The notes under the pieces: generated by a model
Told to the model about the DNA's origin: nothing
Database searches by the model: none
The model's input: the letters and a program-made list of their open reading frames with translations, nothing else
Part shown: positions 40,873 to 50,235 of the stretch, in pieces
Layout: each line of letters starts with the position of its first letter
Numbering within the stretch: position 1 is the stretch's first letter
Program-made: the position numbers and the translations under genes
Assembly: GCA_947630055.1 (NCBI GenBank)
Contig: CANRGA010000003.1
Coordinates: 1,050 to 65,049, forward strand
DNA: 64,000 bases
Source of the DNA: an uncultured Bacilli bacterium
GTDB lineage: Bacteria; Bacillota_I; Bacilli_A; RF39; UBA660
Direction: 5' to 3'

Positions 40873-42555
40873 ATGGAAGAAGAAAATAAGAGTGAAAAAA
40901 ATAAAAGAAGAATAGTATTGTTATTTGGTATAGTAGCAATATTAGTAGCCTTATCTGGAGCAACATTTGCATATTTTCAAATAACTACTGAGACAAGTAA
41001 TAGTAAAGCTACTATAACAGGAAGTACACCAGCAAGTGGTTTAGTAACTTTAAATCAAGGAGTAGATAATTTACACTTAAATATAAGTGCTAGTGATATG
41101 TCACTTAATAATAAGGGAAAAGAATATTATGGTACAGATGATGATCAAAATTATGTTGATACAGAAGTATTAGGTACCAAAACAATAGCAGATGTTACAT
41201 TATCTGGTGGCGAAGAAACAACCAAATATAGTTGTACTGCTAAATTAACTGTGTCAAAGGATGAAACAGACACCATGATAGAAGTATTACAACCAGGAGA
41301 TATGATATTACAATTTAAGGGTAATATCATAAGTGAAAAATTAGATTTAAGTGACTTAAAAGATAATAATCCAAAGGAATATAATTTAAGTTTTAAAATA
41401 ACTGGTAATAATAAAGAAGAAATACAAGCATATATTAAATTATTAAACAAAGAAGAACAACAAAATTATTTAGCAGGTCGTAAATTAAATATCGATATTA
41501 CTACATCAGAATTAAAATGTGAAGTTGCATTACCAGATCCAAAGATAGCACAGTTAAGAGAAAAAGATCCAAGTAATACGTTAAGTGAAGATTTACAAGG
41601 AGGAATGTATAGATACCAAGGAACAGATAATGTACCAAATTGGATATGCTTTGGAACAAGAAATGCAGATGAATGTAAAAGTGATCCAGATGGAATAGAT
41701 AAATATATGTATAGAATAATCGGAATAACAGAAGAAGGACAAATGTATTTAATAAAAGAAACTTTCTTGAAAGAAGGAAGTGGAACAACATTTACATGGA
41801 ATGACAAATATTCTGTTGATAGTTCAAGTTCATATTATTGTGATAATGGATTATGCCCAGAATGGAATACAAGTCTGTTGTTTAAAAGAATAAATGGAAC
41901 AAGTAATGGAACAACCCAAGGAACAACAAGTAATAAAGCTGATACCGATATCTTTGTAGATAGTGCCCAATATGATTATTTAAAGTCAGGAGATAGTAAT
42001 AGTGGTGGTAGTGCAAGTGAGTGGTATAATTTAATTGCAAACCATGAATGGTTATATGGAGATACAAATGAAAGTTCAGCAGCAAATAAATATAATGGAG
42101 ATGCAATGTATGCTATCGAAAATGGAGATAAAGAAACAACTCATTATGTAGGAACAAAAGATAATATAACACAAGAACCATACACATGGAGTCAAAAAGT
42201 AACAGCTAAAATAAGTTTAATGTATTTACATGATTATTATTATGGATATTATGATGGTTCTTCAGAAGAAAGTAGAGGAAATGCAGGAAGTTATAGTAAA
42301 TTGGCAAGTAGTTGGTTATTTTTTAAAAAAGATGGATATAATTCATCTCAATCTTCTGAATGGTTGAGCACTCGCTGGGGTGTCTATAGTACGAGTCTCG
42401 CGAATGTCTACGCGTGGTTTGTGAATAATAACGGCGACTGGGGCTACGACGACTTGAGCCTTGCGTACGGCGTGCGGCCTGTCTTCTATCTTGAGTCAAG
42501 TGCAAAAATATCAAGTGGAGACGGAACAAAGGAAAATCCATTTATATTAGCTTAG
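40873..42555 (+). CDS. Surface-protein paralog B with SipW/TasA-type signal peptide and GC-rich VR-like 3' patch
   Basis: The N-terminus ...LSGATFAYFQ resembles SipW-dependent signal peptides. The C-terminal module is homologous to paralogs A and C and ends ...YGVRPVFYLES...GTKENPFILA. Confidence 0.8.
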   Translation: MEEENKSEKNKRRIVLLFGIVAILVALSGATFAYFQITTETSNSKATITGSTPASGLVTLNQGVDNLHLNISASDMSLNNKGKEYYGTDDDQNYVDTEVLGTKTIADVTLSGGEETTKYSCTAKLTVSKDETDTMIEVLQPGDMILQFKGNIISEKLDLSDLKDNNPKEYNLSFKITGNNKEEIQAYIKLLNKEEQQNYLAGRKLNIDITTSELKCEVALPDPKIAQLREKDPSNTLSEDLQGGMYRYQGTDNVPNWICFGTRNADECKSDPDGIDKYMYRIIGITEEGQMYLIKETFLKEGSGTTFTWNDKYSVDSSSSYYCDNGLCPEWNTSLLFKRINGTSNGTTQGTTSNKADTDIFVDSAQYDYLKSGDSNSGGSASEWYNLIANHEWLYGDTNESSAANKYNGDAMYAIENGDKETTHYVGTKDNITQEPYTWSQKVTAKISLMYLHDYYYGYYDGSSEESRGNAGSYSKLASSWLFFKKDGYNSSQSSEWLSTRWGVYSTSLANVYAWFVNNNGDWGYDDLSLAYGVRPVFYLESSAKISSGDGTKENPFILA

Positions 42556-42659
42556 CTGAGGACAGTTTTTAAAAAAGCCAGAAAATAAAAGAAAAAAGCA
42601 GTAAAAAAGTGCGACCAATGGTCAACGATTTTACTGTTTTTTAAGTTAAATAGTTAAAA

Positions 42660-44040
42660 TAAGACATAATTATAAAATTAATTCAATAAAAATTGAATGA
42701 AATAGAAAGATAAGTTGTGTAAAAGTTAAGAATCATATAAAATAAAAGAATAAGGAATACGAATATATTTAAGAGAATTAAAAGCAAGTTTGATTAAAGT
42801 TAAACCGGTATTAAATAAAGACATAACTCTAACTTTAACACCATTACGAATTTGATGAGTTCTAATTTTAATATTTTTATAACATTTAGTATTTTTAGCA
42901 AAATCACAACCAATAATAGTTAAGAAAAGAGTAGCAAAACAAACTAAAGAATACATATTAGTAAAAGCAGTTAAAGAAGCATTGTTAATAGATTCAATAT
43001 AAAAGCCATTAGATTTTTGATTTTTAAATAAAGATTCAATACCACCAAAGCGATAGCCATAATCTTTAATGGCGCGAGTAACATCACCATTAGTAATAAT
43101 AATCCAAGGTTCACTATAACCATGTCTTTGAGAGATAACAATATTAGAAAGTAAACGAGATTCTTCAGTATAAAAGATATTATTATAATAAGCAGGATGA
43201 AATTCATAAGAAGAAAGATCAGAAATCCATTTTAAAATATAATGATTTTCCTTTTTATCAAAAATAGAGATTTTAATATTTTTCTTTAAGCGAAAACAAT
43301 AAGTATGTCCTAAAGAATCAATGTGATACATAAGTTTAGAAGAATTAAAGAAACGGTCAGCAAGGAAAATTAAATCAAAAGAATCATCAAATAAATCAGA
43401 AATAAAATTAATACCTTGAATAAATAAATCATCTTGGAAAGCCTTGGAATCATCTTTACCTTTAAAGCAGCGAAACCATAAAGGGATACCTTGTTTACCA
43501 ATTCGCATAGACATCATTAAGACAGTATAATTATCATGAGAGAACATATGGTCAATAATAATATGAATTCTTTTATCAGGATGTTTCTTTTTATAAGAAG
43601 AAATAACATGTTTAATAATAGAATCATAGAAAAGATAAGGATTAAAATGAGAATTATTAAAGAATCTTCTAATACGACGAGATACAGAATCAGGTTGAAT
43701 TAAAGAGAAATCTTCTTTAAGATGTTTAGCAATATCTAAAGTAACAGAAGATTCAGAATTAATCATACCATAAATAATATGGGGAATAATTTTAAGAAGA
43801 GGTTTGTGTAAAAAAGGACAAGAAATATGTAAAAAGTTAGATAAACTACTTGCAAAATTATTTTGGGTATTATATATTAGACTCATAAACAACCACCTTT
43901 AGCTTTTCTAAAATAATTATAACAAAGATGGTTGTTTATAAAAAGAGTATAAAAAAGGTGCTAAAGAAGAGTGATATAAGCACCTTTTTAAGTTTCATAA
44001 TAAAATGTTCGGGAAGTTCTTTATTTAAAAACTGTCCGAA
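42660..44040 (-). mobile_element. Insertion sequence (ends not resolved)
   Basis: A single transposase ORF wedged between the terminator of paralog B and the terminator of the ftsW/rodA gene. Terminal inverted repeats could not be assigned with confidence. Confidence 0.5.
42726..43892 (-). CDS. IS4/IS701-superfamily DDE transposase
   Basis: DDE-type spacing: ...IIIDHMF..., ...FLADRFF..., ...GGIESLFKNQKSNGF. 388 aa. Confidence 0.7.
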   Translation of the reverse strand: MFMSLIYNTQNNFASSLSNFLHISCPFLHKPLLKIIPHIIYGMINSESSVTLDIAKHLKEDFSLIQPDSVSRRIRRFFNNSHFNPYLFYDSIIKHVISSYKKKHPDKRIHIIIDHMFSHDNYTVLMMSMRIGKQGIPLWFRCFKGKDDSKAFQDDLFIQGINFISDLFDDSFDLIFLADRFFNSSKLMYHIDSLGHTYCFRLKKNIKISIFDKKENHYILKWISDLSSYEFHPAYYNNIFYTEESRLLSNIVISQRHGYSEPWIIITNGDVTRAIKDYGYRFGGIESLFKNQKSNGFYIESINNASLTAFTNMYSLVCFATLFLTIIGCDFAKNTKCYKNIKIRTHQIRNGVKVRVMSLFNTGLTLIKLAFNSLKYIRIPYSFILYDS

Positions 44041-44131
44041 GGTAAGTCATCTTGGCATAAAAACGATTAATAACCGCCTTGGGTGGCGAAGTGATAAAAC
44101 CCCCGTTTCTTGGATAAGAGAAACGAGGTTT

Positions 44132-45253
44132 TTAAATGCATAAATTTAATATAATACCTAAAAATAAGAAGTTAATTAAAGTATTTGTTCCTCCATAAGA
44201 AAGAAAAGGAAGAGGTATACCCATAATAGGAAGTAATCCTAAATTCATACTAATATTATATATTTGATGAAAGATAAATATGGCAATATAAGTATAAGCA
44301 AATGTTTTAATAGATTTAGATTTATTTTTATTTGTTTTGTAAATTAAAAATAAATCTATAATAATAAAAGATAAGCAAATAATAATGGCAGAAAATGTAC
44401 CATAATTACCAATAGAGAAGGCAAAGAAGAAATCTGTTGGAGCTTCCGGTATATATAAAAGAATTTTATTTAAACCTATGCCAAAGAAAGAAGAGGCTCC
44501 AATAGTAATTAAAGCATTTTCTAGTTGATAAGAATTACCTTGAGCAAAATTAATTAAACGATCCATTCTGTAAAAGAAAGATGTACCAATTAACTTTATT
44601 AAAGTATCTTGGAAGAAGAAATATAAAACAAAGAAAGAAGATAAGCCTAAAATTAATAAACCAAAACCAATTATATACCACCATTTATTTAATTTTAAAG
44701 ATAGAATAACTACTAAAAGAATAATTAGAAAATTAATAATAGCACCAGTATCAGGTTCTAAGAAGACTAAAATAGAGGGGATTAGAGTTAAAAATAATAA
44801 TTTTAATATTATTTTTAACTCATCTTTAAATGTTTTTAATTTAGTATTTGTAGCAATATTAACTAAATACAAAGATAAAGATAATTTAGCTAGTTCTGAT
44901 GGTTGAAAAGAAAATCCTAAGATATTTAACCAACATTTAGCCCCATTTACATCATTACCTAAAAATAATACTAAGATAAGTAAAATAATAGTAAATAGAT
45001 AAAAATAAAGGCTATATTTAAATAATTTTTTAAACTTTAATTTTTGACATAATAAAAGAATAATAAAACCAATAATAAACCATATTAATTGTTTTATAAA
45101 TGCATTATTATAAGTTGGACTAATAAGTTTAGCATTAAACATATTAAGAAGACTTATTATACTTAAAATAAGTAGAAATATTATTAATAATATATTATTT
45201 TTAAAAAACTTTTTCATATATTTATTATGGTCCAAATAATAGGTTTTTATCAT
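44132..45253 (-). CDS. FtsW/RodA/SpoVE-family peptidoglycan glycosyltransferase
   Basis: About 10 TM segments, motifs ...QPSELAK... and C-terminal ...GIPLPFLSYGG(T/S). Terminator on the minus strand at about 44085-44125. Confidence 0.85.
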   Translation of the reverse strand: MIKTYYLDHNKYMKKFFKNNILLIIFLLILSIISLLNMFNAKLISPTYNNAFIKQLIWFIIGFIILLLCQKLKFKKLFKYSLYFYLFTIILLILVLFLGNDVNGAKCWLNILGFSFQPSELAKLSLSLYLVNIATNTKLKTFKDELKIILKLLFLTLIPSILVFLEPDTGAIINFLIILLVVILSLKLNKWWYIIGFGLLILGLSSFFVLYFFFQDTLIKLIGTSFFYRMDRLINFAQGNSYQLENALITIGASSFFGIGLNKILLYIPEAPTDFFFAFSIGNYGTFSAIIICLSFIIIDLFLIYKTNKNKSKSIKTFAYTYIAIFIFHQIYNISMNLGLLPIMGIPLPFLSYGGTNTLINFLFLGIILNLCI

Positions 45254-45275
45254 AAAATATAGTGGAGGTATATAT

Positions 45276-45569
45276 ATGAAAGATTTACCAAGAGTATTTG
45301 CGAATAAAATTGATGAAAGTATTAATAATGATCAAGAATTATTTTATGGTAGTGTAAGAGGAGAAGATGCTAAAGATGATATAAGTGTTGTTAAAAAGAT
45401 AAATAATATTTTTGCATCTTCTCATCATGTGTATAAAAGTAGAGTTAGAATCACTTTAAAAAATGGCATAGTAGAAAAAGTAATAGTGGGTAAAACTAGT
45501 TCAGAATTAATTACTATAGAGGGAGAATTAATTAAAATAATAGATATAGTAGATATTGTTAAATTATAA
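45276..45569 (+). CDS. Hypothetical small protein
   Basis: ORF with ggaggt RBS. No family recognised. Confidence 0.4.
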   Translation: MKDLPRVFANKIDESINNDQELFYGSVRGEDAKDDISVVKKINNIFASSHHVYKSRVRITLKNGIVEKVIVGKTSSELITIEGELIKIIDIVDIVKL

Positions 45570-45590
45570 TTTTTTTGTTATCATTTAAGT

Positions 45591-46217
45591 ATGAAAAGAA
45601 ATGATATTAAATATGTAGTTATTTTTATTTTATTAATTATATTAATAGTAAGTACTATTATATTTTCATACTATAAAAATAAACCTCTTAATAATGTAGA
45701 TAGAAAAGTAGAATATATATTTAATAATATAACTTATGATGATGCCTTAAATATGAGTAAAGAGGTTTTTAATAATGCTTTAAAATTAATTAAAAATGAT
45801 TATGAATATGAAGAGAATAATAATGAAATAGTATTATATAGTATAAATAATTATAATGAATATAGAAAAATATTAAATTATTCTTTAATAAGTAATACTT
45901 TAAAAAATAATATAATTAATAATTTTTTTATAAACAAAAAAATTATTAATTATAGAAATGAATATTATATAGAATCATATGAAAATAATTATAATAAAGA
46001 TTATGTAGGAAGTATATTAAATATAAATAATTATGGTGATAAATTTGTAACTATTAAAAGTATTAATTATTATTGTGAAGATAGTAATTTTATTGGGGTG
46101 TTAAATGTAGAACCAGAATGTAAATATACTAAAAAAGAAAGTAAATTTACTTTATCTTTAGAAAATAGTTTATTAAAAGTAAATAATTTAGAAGAAATAG
46201 AAAAAATATTAAAATAA
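45591..46217 (+). CDS. Hypothetical membrane-anchored, Asn/Tyr-rich protein
   Basis: N-terminal TM and low-complexity N/Y/I-rich sequence. Confidence 0.4.
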   Translation: MKRNDIKYVVIFILLIILIVSTIIFSYYKNKPLNNVDRKVEYIFNNITYDDALNMSKEVFNNALKLIKNDYEYEENNNEIVLYSINNYNEYRKILNYSLISNTLKNNIINNFFINKKIINYRNEYYIESYENNYNKDYVGSILNINNYGDKFVTIKSINYYCEDSNFIGVLNVEPECKYTKKESKFTLSLENSLLKVNNLEEIEKILK

Positions 46218-46226
46218 AAAAATATA

Positions 46227-46544
46227 TTAAACGATTTCGTCAATATATTTTTTTAATTGTTTAGAATTATTATCAAATATTATTTTTAATTGATTATCAA
46301 TTTCGACAATACCTTTAGCTCCTAGTTTTTGAATAGCTTCTTTATCAACAACTGATACATCATGTAAGATAACTTTAAATCTGCTCATATTACATTCAGC
46401 GTTGATAATGTTATCTTTGCCACCTAGAAAACCGATTAATTTATTTTCTTTAATAGCAAAGTCTTTTGTTGATAATTTAATAGCTACTGCTAGTATAATA
46501 AGTATAATAATACCTATAACAATATATTGAAGTGCTGTATGCAA
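46227..46544 (-). CDS. Membrane-anchored PTS EIIB-like domain protein
   Basis: FLGGKDNIINAECNMSRFKVILHD...VDKEAIQKLGAKGIV resembles the glucose-family EIIB (GG..NI...C.TRLR) with a degenerate active-site context. Confidence 0.55.
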   Translation of the reverse strand: MHTALQYIVIGIIILIILAVAIKLSTKDFAIKENKLIGFLGGKDNIINAECNMSRFKVILHDVSVVDKEAIQKLGAKGIVEIDNQLKIIFDNNSKQLKKYIDEIV

Positions 46545-46656
46545 ATTTCTTCACCCATAATAATTATACTATAAAAAATAGATATTTAAAAGTGGTACTC
46601 ACTATTTTAAAAAATAATCATAAATTAATAATGAGAATACATGAAAGGGTGAAATA

Positions 46657-47103
46657 ATGAATAATTCAAATAATGCAAATACTGGCAATTGTATTAATGA
46701 AATATTAAGTATAATTTTAGTATTGCAAGAAAATGCTTGTCCAGATAATTGCCTAGACACATGTGATAGACCAATGCTTGGTGGTGGCAGTAATTGTTTA
46801 GTTTGTAACACAAGACCGGTAATGCTTTATACTTGTGGTGGTAATGGTGTTCCTTGGAGTATGCCAATTACTAAAGATGTAACAACTAATTGTGATGGTG
46901 AAGCTATAGGTACTACTTGTTCAACAGTATTTAGAGTAGAAAAAATAGAAGGCAATTGCTGTACTTTTAGAGTTCTTGCTGAAAATACTGATGCAACTTC
47001 TCTATATCCATATGTAACAACTAACTCATTCTTTACAATGGACTGTAGTTGTTTATGCGCCATAAGATGTTTATCAGATACATATGTTGATTGTGTTTGT
47101 TAA
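46657..47103 (+). CDS. Spore coat/exosporium protein CotY/CotZ/ExsY family
   Basis: Cys-rich. NCINEILSIILVLQENAC...C..C...NTRPVMLY...VFRVEKIEGNCCTFRVL parallels CotZ/ExsY (C.C..V..I...Q...C...FRVE.....CC). Confidence 0.6.
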   Translation: MNNSNNANTGNCINEILSIILVLQENACPDNCLDTCDRPMLGGGSNCLVCNTRPVMLYTCGGNGVPWSMPITKDVTTNCDGEAIGTTCSTVFRVEKIEGNCCTFRVLAENTDATSLYPYVTTNSFFTMDCSCLCAIRCLSDTYVDCVC

Positions 47104-47195
47104 ATTGTAAGCAAAGTGTAGATGGAAACCATACTTTAGTTATGGTTTTTTATTTTAAAAATGTATGTTATAATGGTCATATAAGAGGTGAAGAT

Positions 47196-47468
47196 ATGCA
47201 AAATAAAAAAAGTTATATTGAAAGTGAAAAAGATAAAAAATATTTTGTGAGAAGACTAAATATCATTGGTGGCCAAATAAAAGGAGTTACTAAAATGATA
47301 GAAGAAGAAAGAAGTTATGAAGAAGTTTTGATTCAACTTGCTGCTTTAACAACTTCTCTAAAAACTACAGGTAGAAATATTTTAGAAAATTATATGACTA
47401 ATAATATTAAGTCTGCTAATAAAAAAGAAATAGAGGAAGCTATTAATTTATTTAATAAATTAGTTTAG
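47196..47468 (+). CDS. CsoR/RcnR/FrmR-family (DUF156) transcriptional repressor-like protein
   Basis: RRLNIIGGQIKGVTKMIEEERSYEEVLIQLAAL matches the RL.RI.GQ..G...M.....C..VL.Q..A. pattern, but the sensing Cys is replaced by Tyr. ATG 47196 follows agaggtga. Confidence 0.6.
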   Translation: MQNKKSYIESEKDKKYFVRRLNIIGGQIKGVTKMIEEERSYEEVLIQLAALTTSLKTTGRNILENYMTNNIKSANKKEIEEAINLFNKLV

Positions 47469-47475
47469 TGAATAT

Positions 47476-48276
47476 ATGAAGTTAAAGAAAAAAATTAAAA
47501 AAAGTTATGAAGGGGCTTCTAAATTTACTGTTGCAGTTTATTTAGTTTTAAGAACATTAGTATTTTTAGCATTTATTAGAGAATTCTTTTTAAAAGAATA
47601 TGGTAACGCTATATTATGTCTAATTACTTTAGTTCTATTTATAATTCCCTTCTTTATTGAAAAAAAGTATAAAATTAAATTGCCTAGTTTACTTGAAGTA
47701 ATTATTTTATTATTTATTTTTTCGGGAGTAATTCTAGGTGAGATACATAATATGTATGTTAGAGTAGATAACATTGATACAATTATGCATACTTTAAATG
47801 GCTTTTTGTGTGCAGCGATAGGTTTTTCTTTAGTAGATTTATTAAATGAAAATGTTAAAAGAATTAACTTATCACCATTCTTTGTTACTATTGTAGCTTT
47901 TTGCTTTTCGATGACTATTGGGGTTATTTGGGAATTCTATGAATTTGGTTGTGATAGAATATTTAAAACCGATATGCAGAAAGATACTTTCTTAAAGAAT
48001 ATTGCTACAGTAGAATTAGATGAACAAAAAATAAATAAATCAATTGTTATTAAAGATATAGATAAAGTAATATTATATGATAAAGAAAATAGAGAACTTG
48101 CTACATTTGATGGCTATTTAGATATTGGTATTATTGATACAATGAAAGATTTATTAGTTAATTTTGTAGGATCAATAGTATTTAGTATCTTTGGTTATTT
48201 ATATATAAGAAATAGAGATAAATATAAATTTGTTGATAACTTCATTGTTACAAAAGAAATACCTAAAGAAAATTAA
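47476..48276 (+). CDS. Polytopic membrane protein of unknown function
   Basis: Six or more hydrophobic segments. No confident family. Confidence 0.5.
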   Translation: MKLKKKIKKSYEGASKFTVAVYLVLRTLVFLAFIREFFLKEYGNAILCLITLVLFIIPFFIEKKYKIKLPSLLEVIILLFIFSGVILGEIHNMYVRVDNIDTIMHTLNGFLCAAIGFSLVDLLNENVKRINLSPFFVTIVAFCFSMTIGVIWEFYEFGCDRIFKTDMQKDTFLKNIATVELDEQKINKSIVIKDIDKVILYDKENRELATFDGYLDIGIIDTMKDLLVNFVGSIVFSIFGYLYIRNRDKYKFVDNFIVTKEIPKEN

Positions 48277-48303
48277 TTAGGTATTTTTTTTACACAAAAA
48301 TTC

Positions 48304-48331
48304 TTGACTCTCGGGGGGGGTATTATATAAT
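48304..48331 (+). promoter_or_regulatory. Promoter with G8 homopolymer in the spacer (second copy)
   Basis: TTGACT 48304-48309, 16-nt spacer containing G8 (48313-48320), TATAAT 48326-48331. The ~90 nt to the ATG are nearly identical to 36093-36184. Confidence 0.6.
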
Positions 48332-48383
48332 AATCTTATAAAATAAAGTGCAGTGATACGACATATAAAGAGAGGATAGGATT

Positions 48384-49841
48384 ATGAAAGAAAAATATTT
48401 AAAAAGTTTAATAGTAATTGTAGTAGTAAGTTTAATGGGAATATTTATATATCAAAATATAAATAAAGAAAATAAACCATTACCAGAAGTAAAGTTAAAA
48501 AAAATTGTAAATAAAAATAAATCTTTTGCCATAATGATCCAAGAAAAAAGTGAAACTGATAAATATCAAGAATATGATAGTAATACATGGCCAGGAGATG
48601 ATTATAAATTCAAAGAAGCTAAATGTATAGATAATAATGGTAATGAAATAAAAGAAGCAGTAACATATGAAGAAAGTAAAATAACATTAACTACAAATAA
48701 GACAGTATATTGTACAGTATACTTTGATAAATCACTAATAGGTAAATTAAGAGAAGCAGATACAAACAAAAATTTAAGTACAGATATACAAGGAGATATG
48801 TATAGATATCAAGGAACAGATGATGTTCATAATTGGATATGTTTTGGAACGACAAATAATTGTGGAACAAATGAAACAGATAATGATGGGGATAGTATAC
48901 CAGATGGAATAGATAAATATATGTACAGGATAATAGGAGTAACAAAAGAGGGACAATTAAAATTAATAAAAGAAACATTTTTAAAAGAAGATAATAAAAT
49001 TATACCGCTTCAATGGAATAATGTTGCAAAGATAAGTCAGCCTTATACAGGAGTAGATAATGATAAATGTGATGGAACAAATTGTGATTGGCCTAATTCA
49101 ATGTTATTTAAAAGATTAAATGGTTTAAATAATGATGAAACTACAAAGGGAAATAAGGGTAATTCAGAAATATTTATTGATAGTGAATATTATAATTATT
49201 TAAAATCAGGTGATGGAAGTGGATTAGACAATACGACACCAAGTACATGGTATAATATAATAGAAAATCATAATTGGAAATATGGAGATATTTTTGATAG
49301 CGTTTGGGATGCAATACCTCATAATGCAGCTTCTTATGATGGTGATGCTGCATATGCGATTGAAAGTGGCGAATCTAATACTCAAAGAGTGTGGCCAAAA
49401 ATTGGCCAATCATGTAATAATGAAACACCTTGTGAATTAGAAGATTACACTTGGAAAAATAATAATGTAGAAGCAAAAATTGGCCTTATGTATTTGCATG
49501 ATTATTATTATGCGTATTATGATGGTAAGACTGAAAGTACTCGAGGTAAGCCTGGTAATTCTGGTGTATTAAATAATTGTTGGATAACATATTATAAAGA
49601 TGGATTTATTAAACAAAATAATGGAGATTCTGAATTTTTAATAACTCGTCGAGGAATAACTAAAAATAATCCAAATATTGGTTCCTTTTTAATTAGTACT
49701 TGGGCATATGTCACAACAGACAGTATATATATTGAAATAGGGACATCTATATATTCACGACCAGTTTTCTATTTAACAAATACTATTGATTTGTCTGGTA
49801 ATGGTACTAAAGAAAATCCATTTATTATAGATATTGAATAA
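48384..49841 (+). CDS. Surface-protein paralog C
   Basis: The first ~125 aa are nearly identical to paralog A. The C-terminal module is homologous but diverged (…EFLITRRG…YSRPVFYLTN…GTKENPFII). Confidence 0.8.
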   Translation: MKEKYLKSLIVIVVVSLMGIFIYQNINKENKPLPEVKLKKIVNKNKSFAIMIQEKSETDKYQEYDSNTWPGDDYKFKEAKCIDNNGNEIKEAVTYEESKITLTTNKTVYCTVYFDKSLIGKLREADTNKNLSTDIQGDMYRYQGTDDVHNWICFGTTNNCGTNETDNDGDSIPDGIDKYMYRIIGVTKEGQLKLIKETFLKEDNKIIPLQWNNVAKISQPYTGVDNDKCDGTNCDWPNSMLFKRLNGLNNDETTKGNKGNSEIFIDSEYYNYLKSGDGSGLDNTTPSTWYNIIENHNWKYGDIFDSVWDAIPHNAASYDGDAAYAIESGESNTQRVWPKIGQSCNNETPCELEDYTWKNNNVEAKIGLMYLHDYYYAYYDGKTESTRGKPGNSGVLNNCWITYYKDGFIKQNNGDSEFLITRRGITKNNPNIGSFLISTWAYVTTDSIYIEIGTSIYSRPVFYLTNTIDLSGNGTKENPFIIDIE

Positions 49842-49893
49842 GTAGTTAACTACTTATTTTTTTGTCTAATTTTAAGAAGTTTTGTCGAAAGTG

Positions 49894-49921
49894 TTGCAAA
49901 TGAAAAAATACTATTTATAAT
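49894..49921 (+). promoter_or_regulatory. Putative promoter of the small-ORF transcript
   Basis: TTGCAA 49894-49899, 16-nt spacer, TATAAT 49916-49921. Confidence 0.45.
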
Positions 49922-50017
49922 AGAAAAATTGTTACCGGTTAGTGGCGCCGCTTTTACGCATCTTTAGTAACTTACAACTTGTTGATTCAGGGGGGTGTGA
50001 AAAGGAGTGTGAGAGTT

Positions 50018-50086
50018 ATGAGAAAAGACGATGGTCTTATTATTGTAATAATTATACTAGCTTTAATTGTATTAAAGTTAATATAA
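50018..50086 (+). CDS. 22-aa hydrophobic peptide, type-I-toxin-like (not in the ORF track)
   Basis: aaaggag at 50001-50007, then ATG 50018. Peptide MRKDDGLIIVIIILALIVLKLI. The transcript 5' end (49931-49949) can pair with 50129-50148. Confidence 0.3.
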   Translation: MRKDDGLIIVIIILALIVLKLI

Positions 50087-50235
50087 AAAATAAAACGCTA
50101 GCCTTTACGGTGTAGCGTCTGAATTCCAGGTGCTACCTAATCGGTAACACTTTCATTTATATTATAATCATATTTTTAAAATTATACAATACAAAAAGCT
50201 AACAAATAATAATTGTTAGCTTTTTGTCATATAAA

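Noticed and set aside
42323-42541. 72-aa Arg-rich antisense ORF inside paralog B
   Set aside because: It coincides exactly with the GC-rich VR-like patch. The Arg/Ser-rich low-complexity translation and missing RBS indicate a compositional artefact.
42560-44037. 14-nt inverted match ggacagtttttaaa (42560-42573) / tttaaaaactgtcc (44024-44037) as terminal inverted repeats of the IS
   Set aside because: The sequence just inside the left copy (42583-42650) is homologous to the terminator region after paralog A (37550-37612), which has no IS. That stretch therefore belongs to the gene 3' region and not to the IS. The match is AT-rich and may be fortuitous.
43928-44143. 71-aa plus-strand ORF between the transposase and the ftsW/rodA gene
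   Set aside because: It spans two terminator hairpins and the IS flank, has no RBS and has a low-complexity basic translation.
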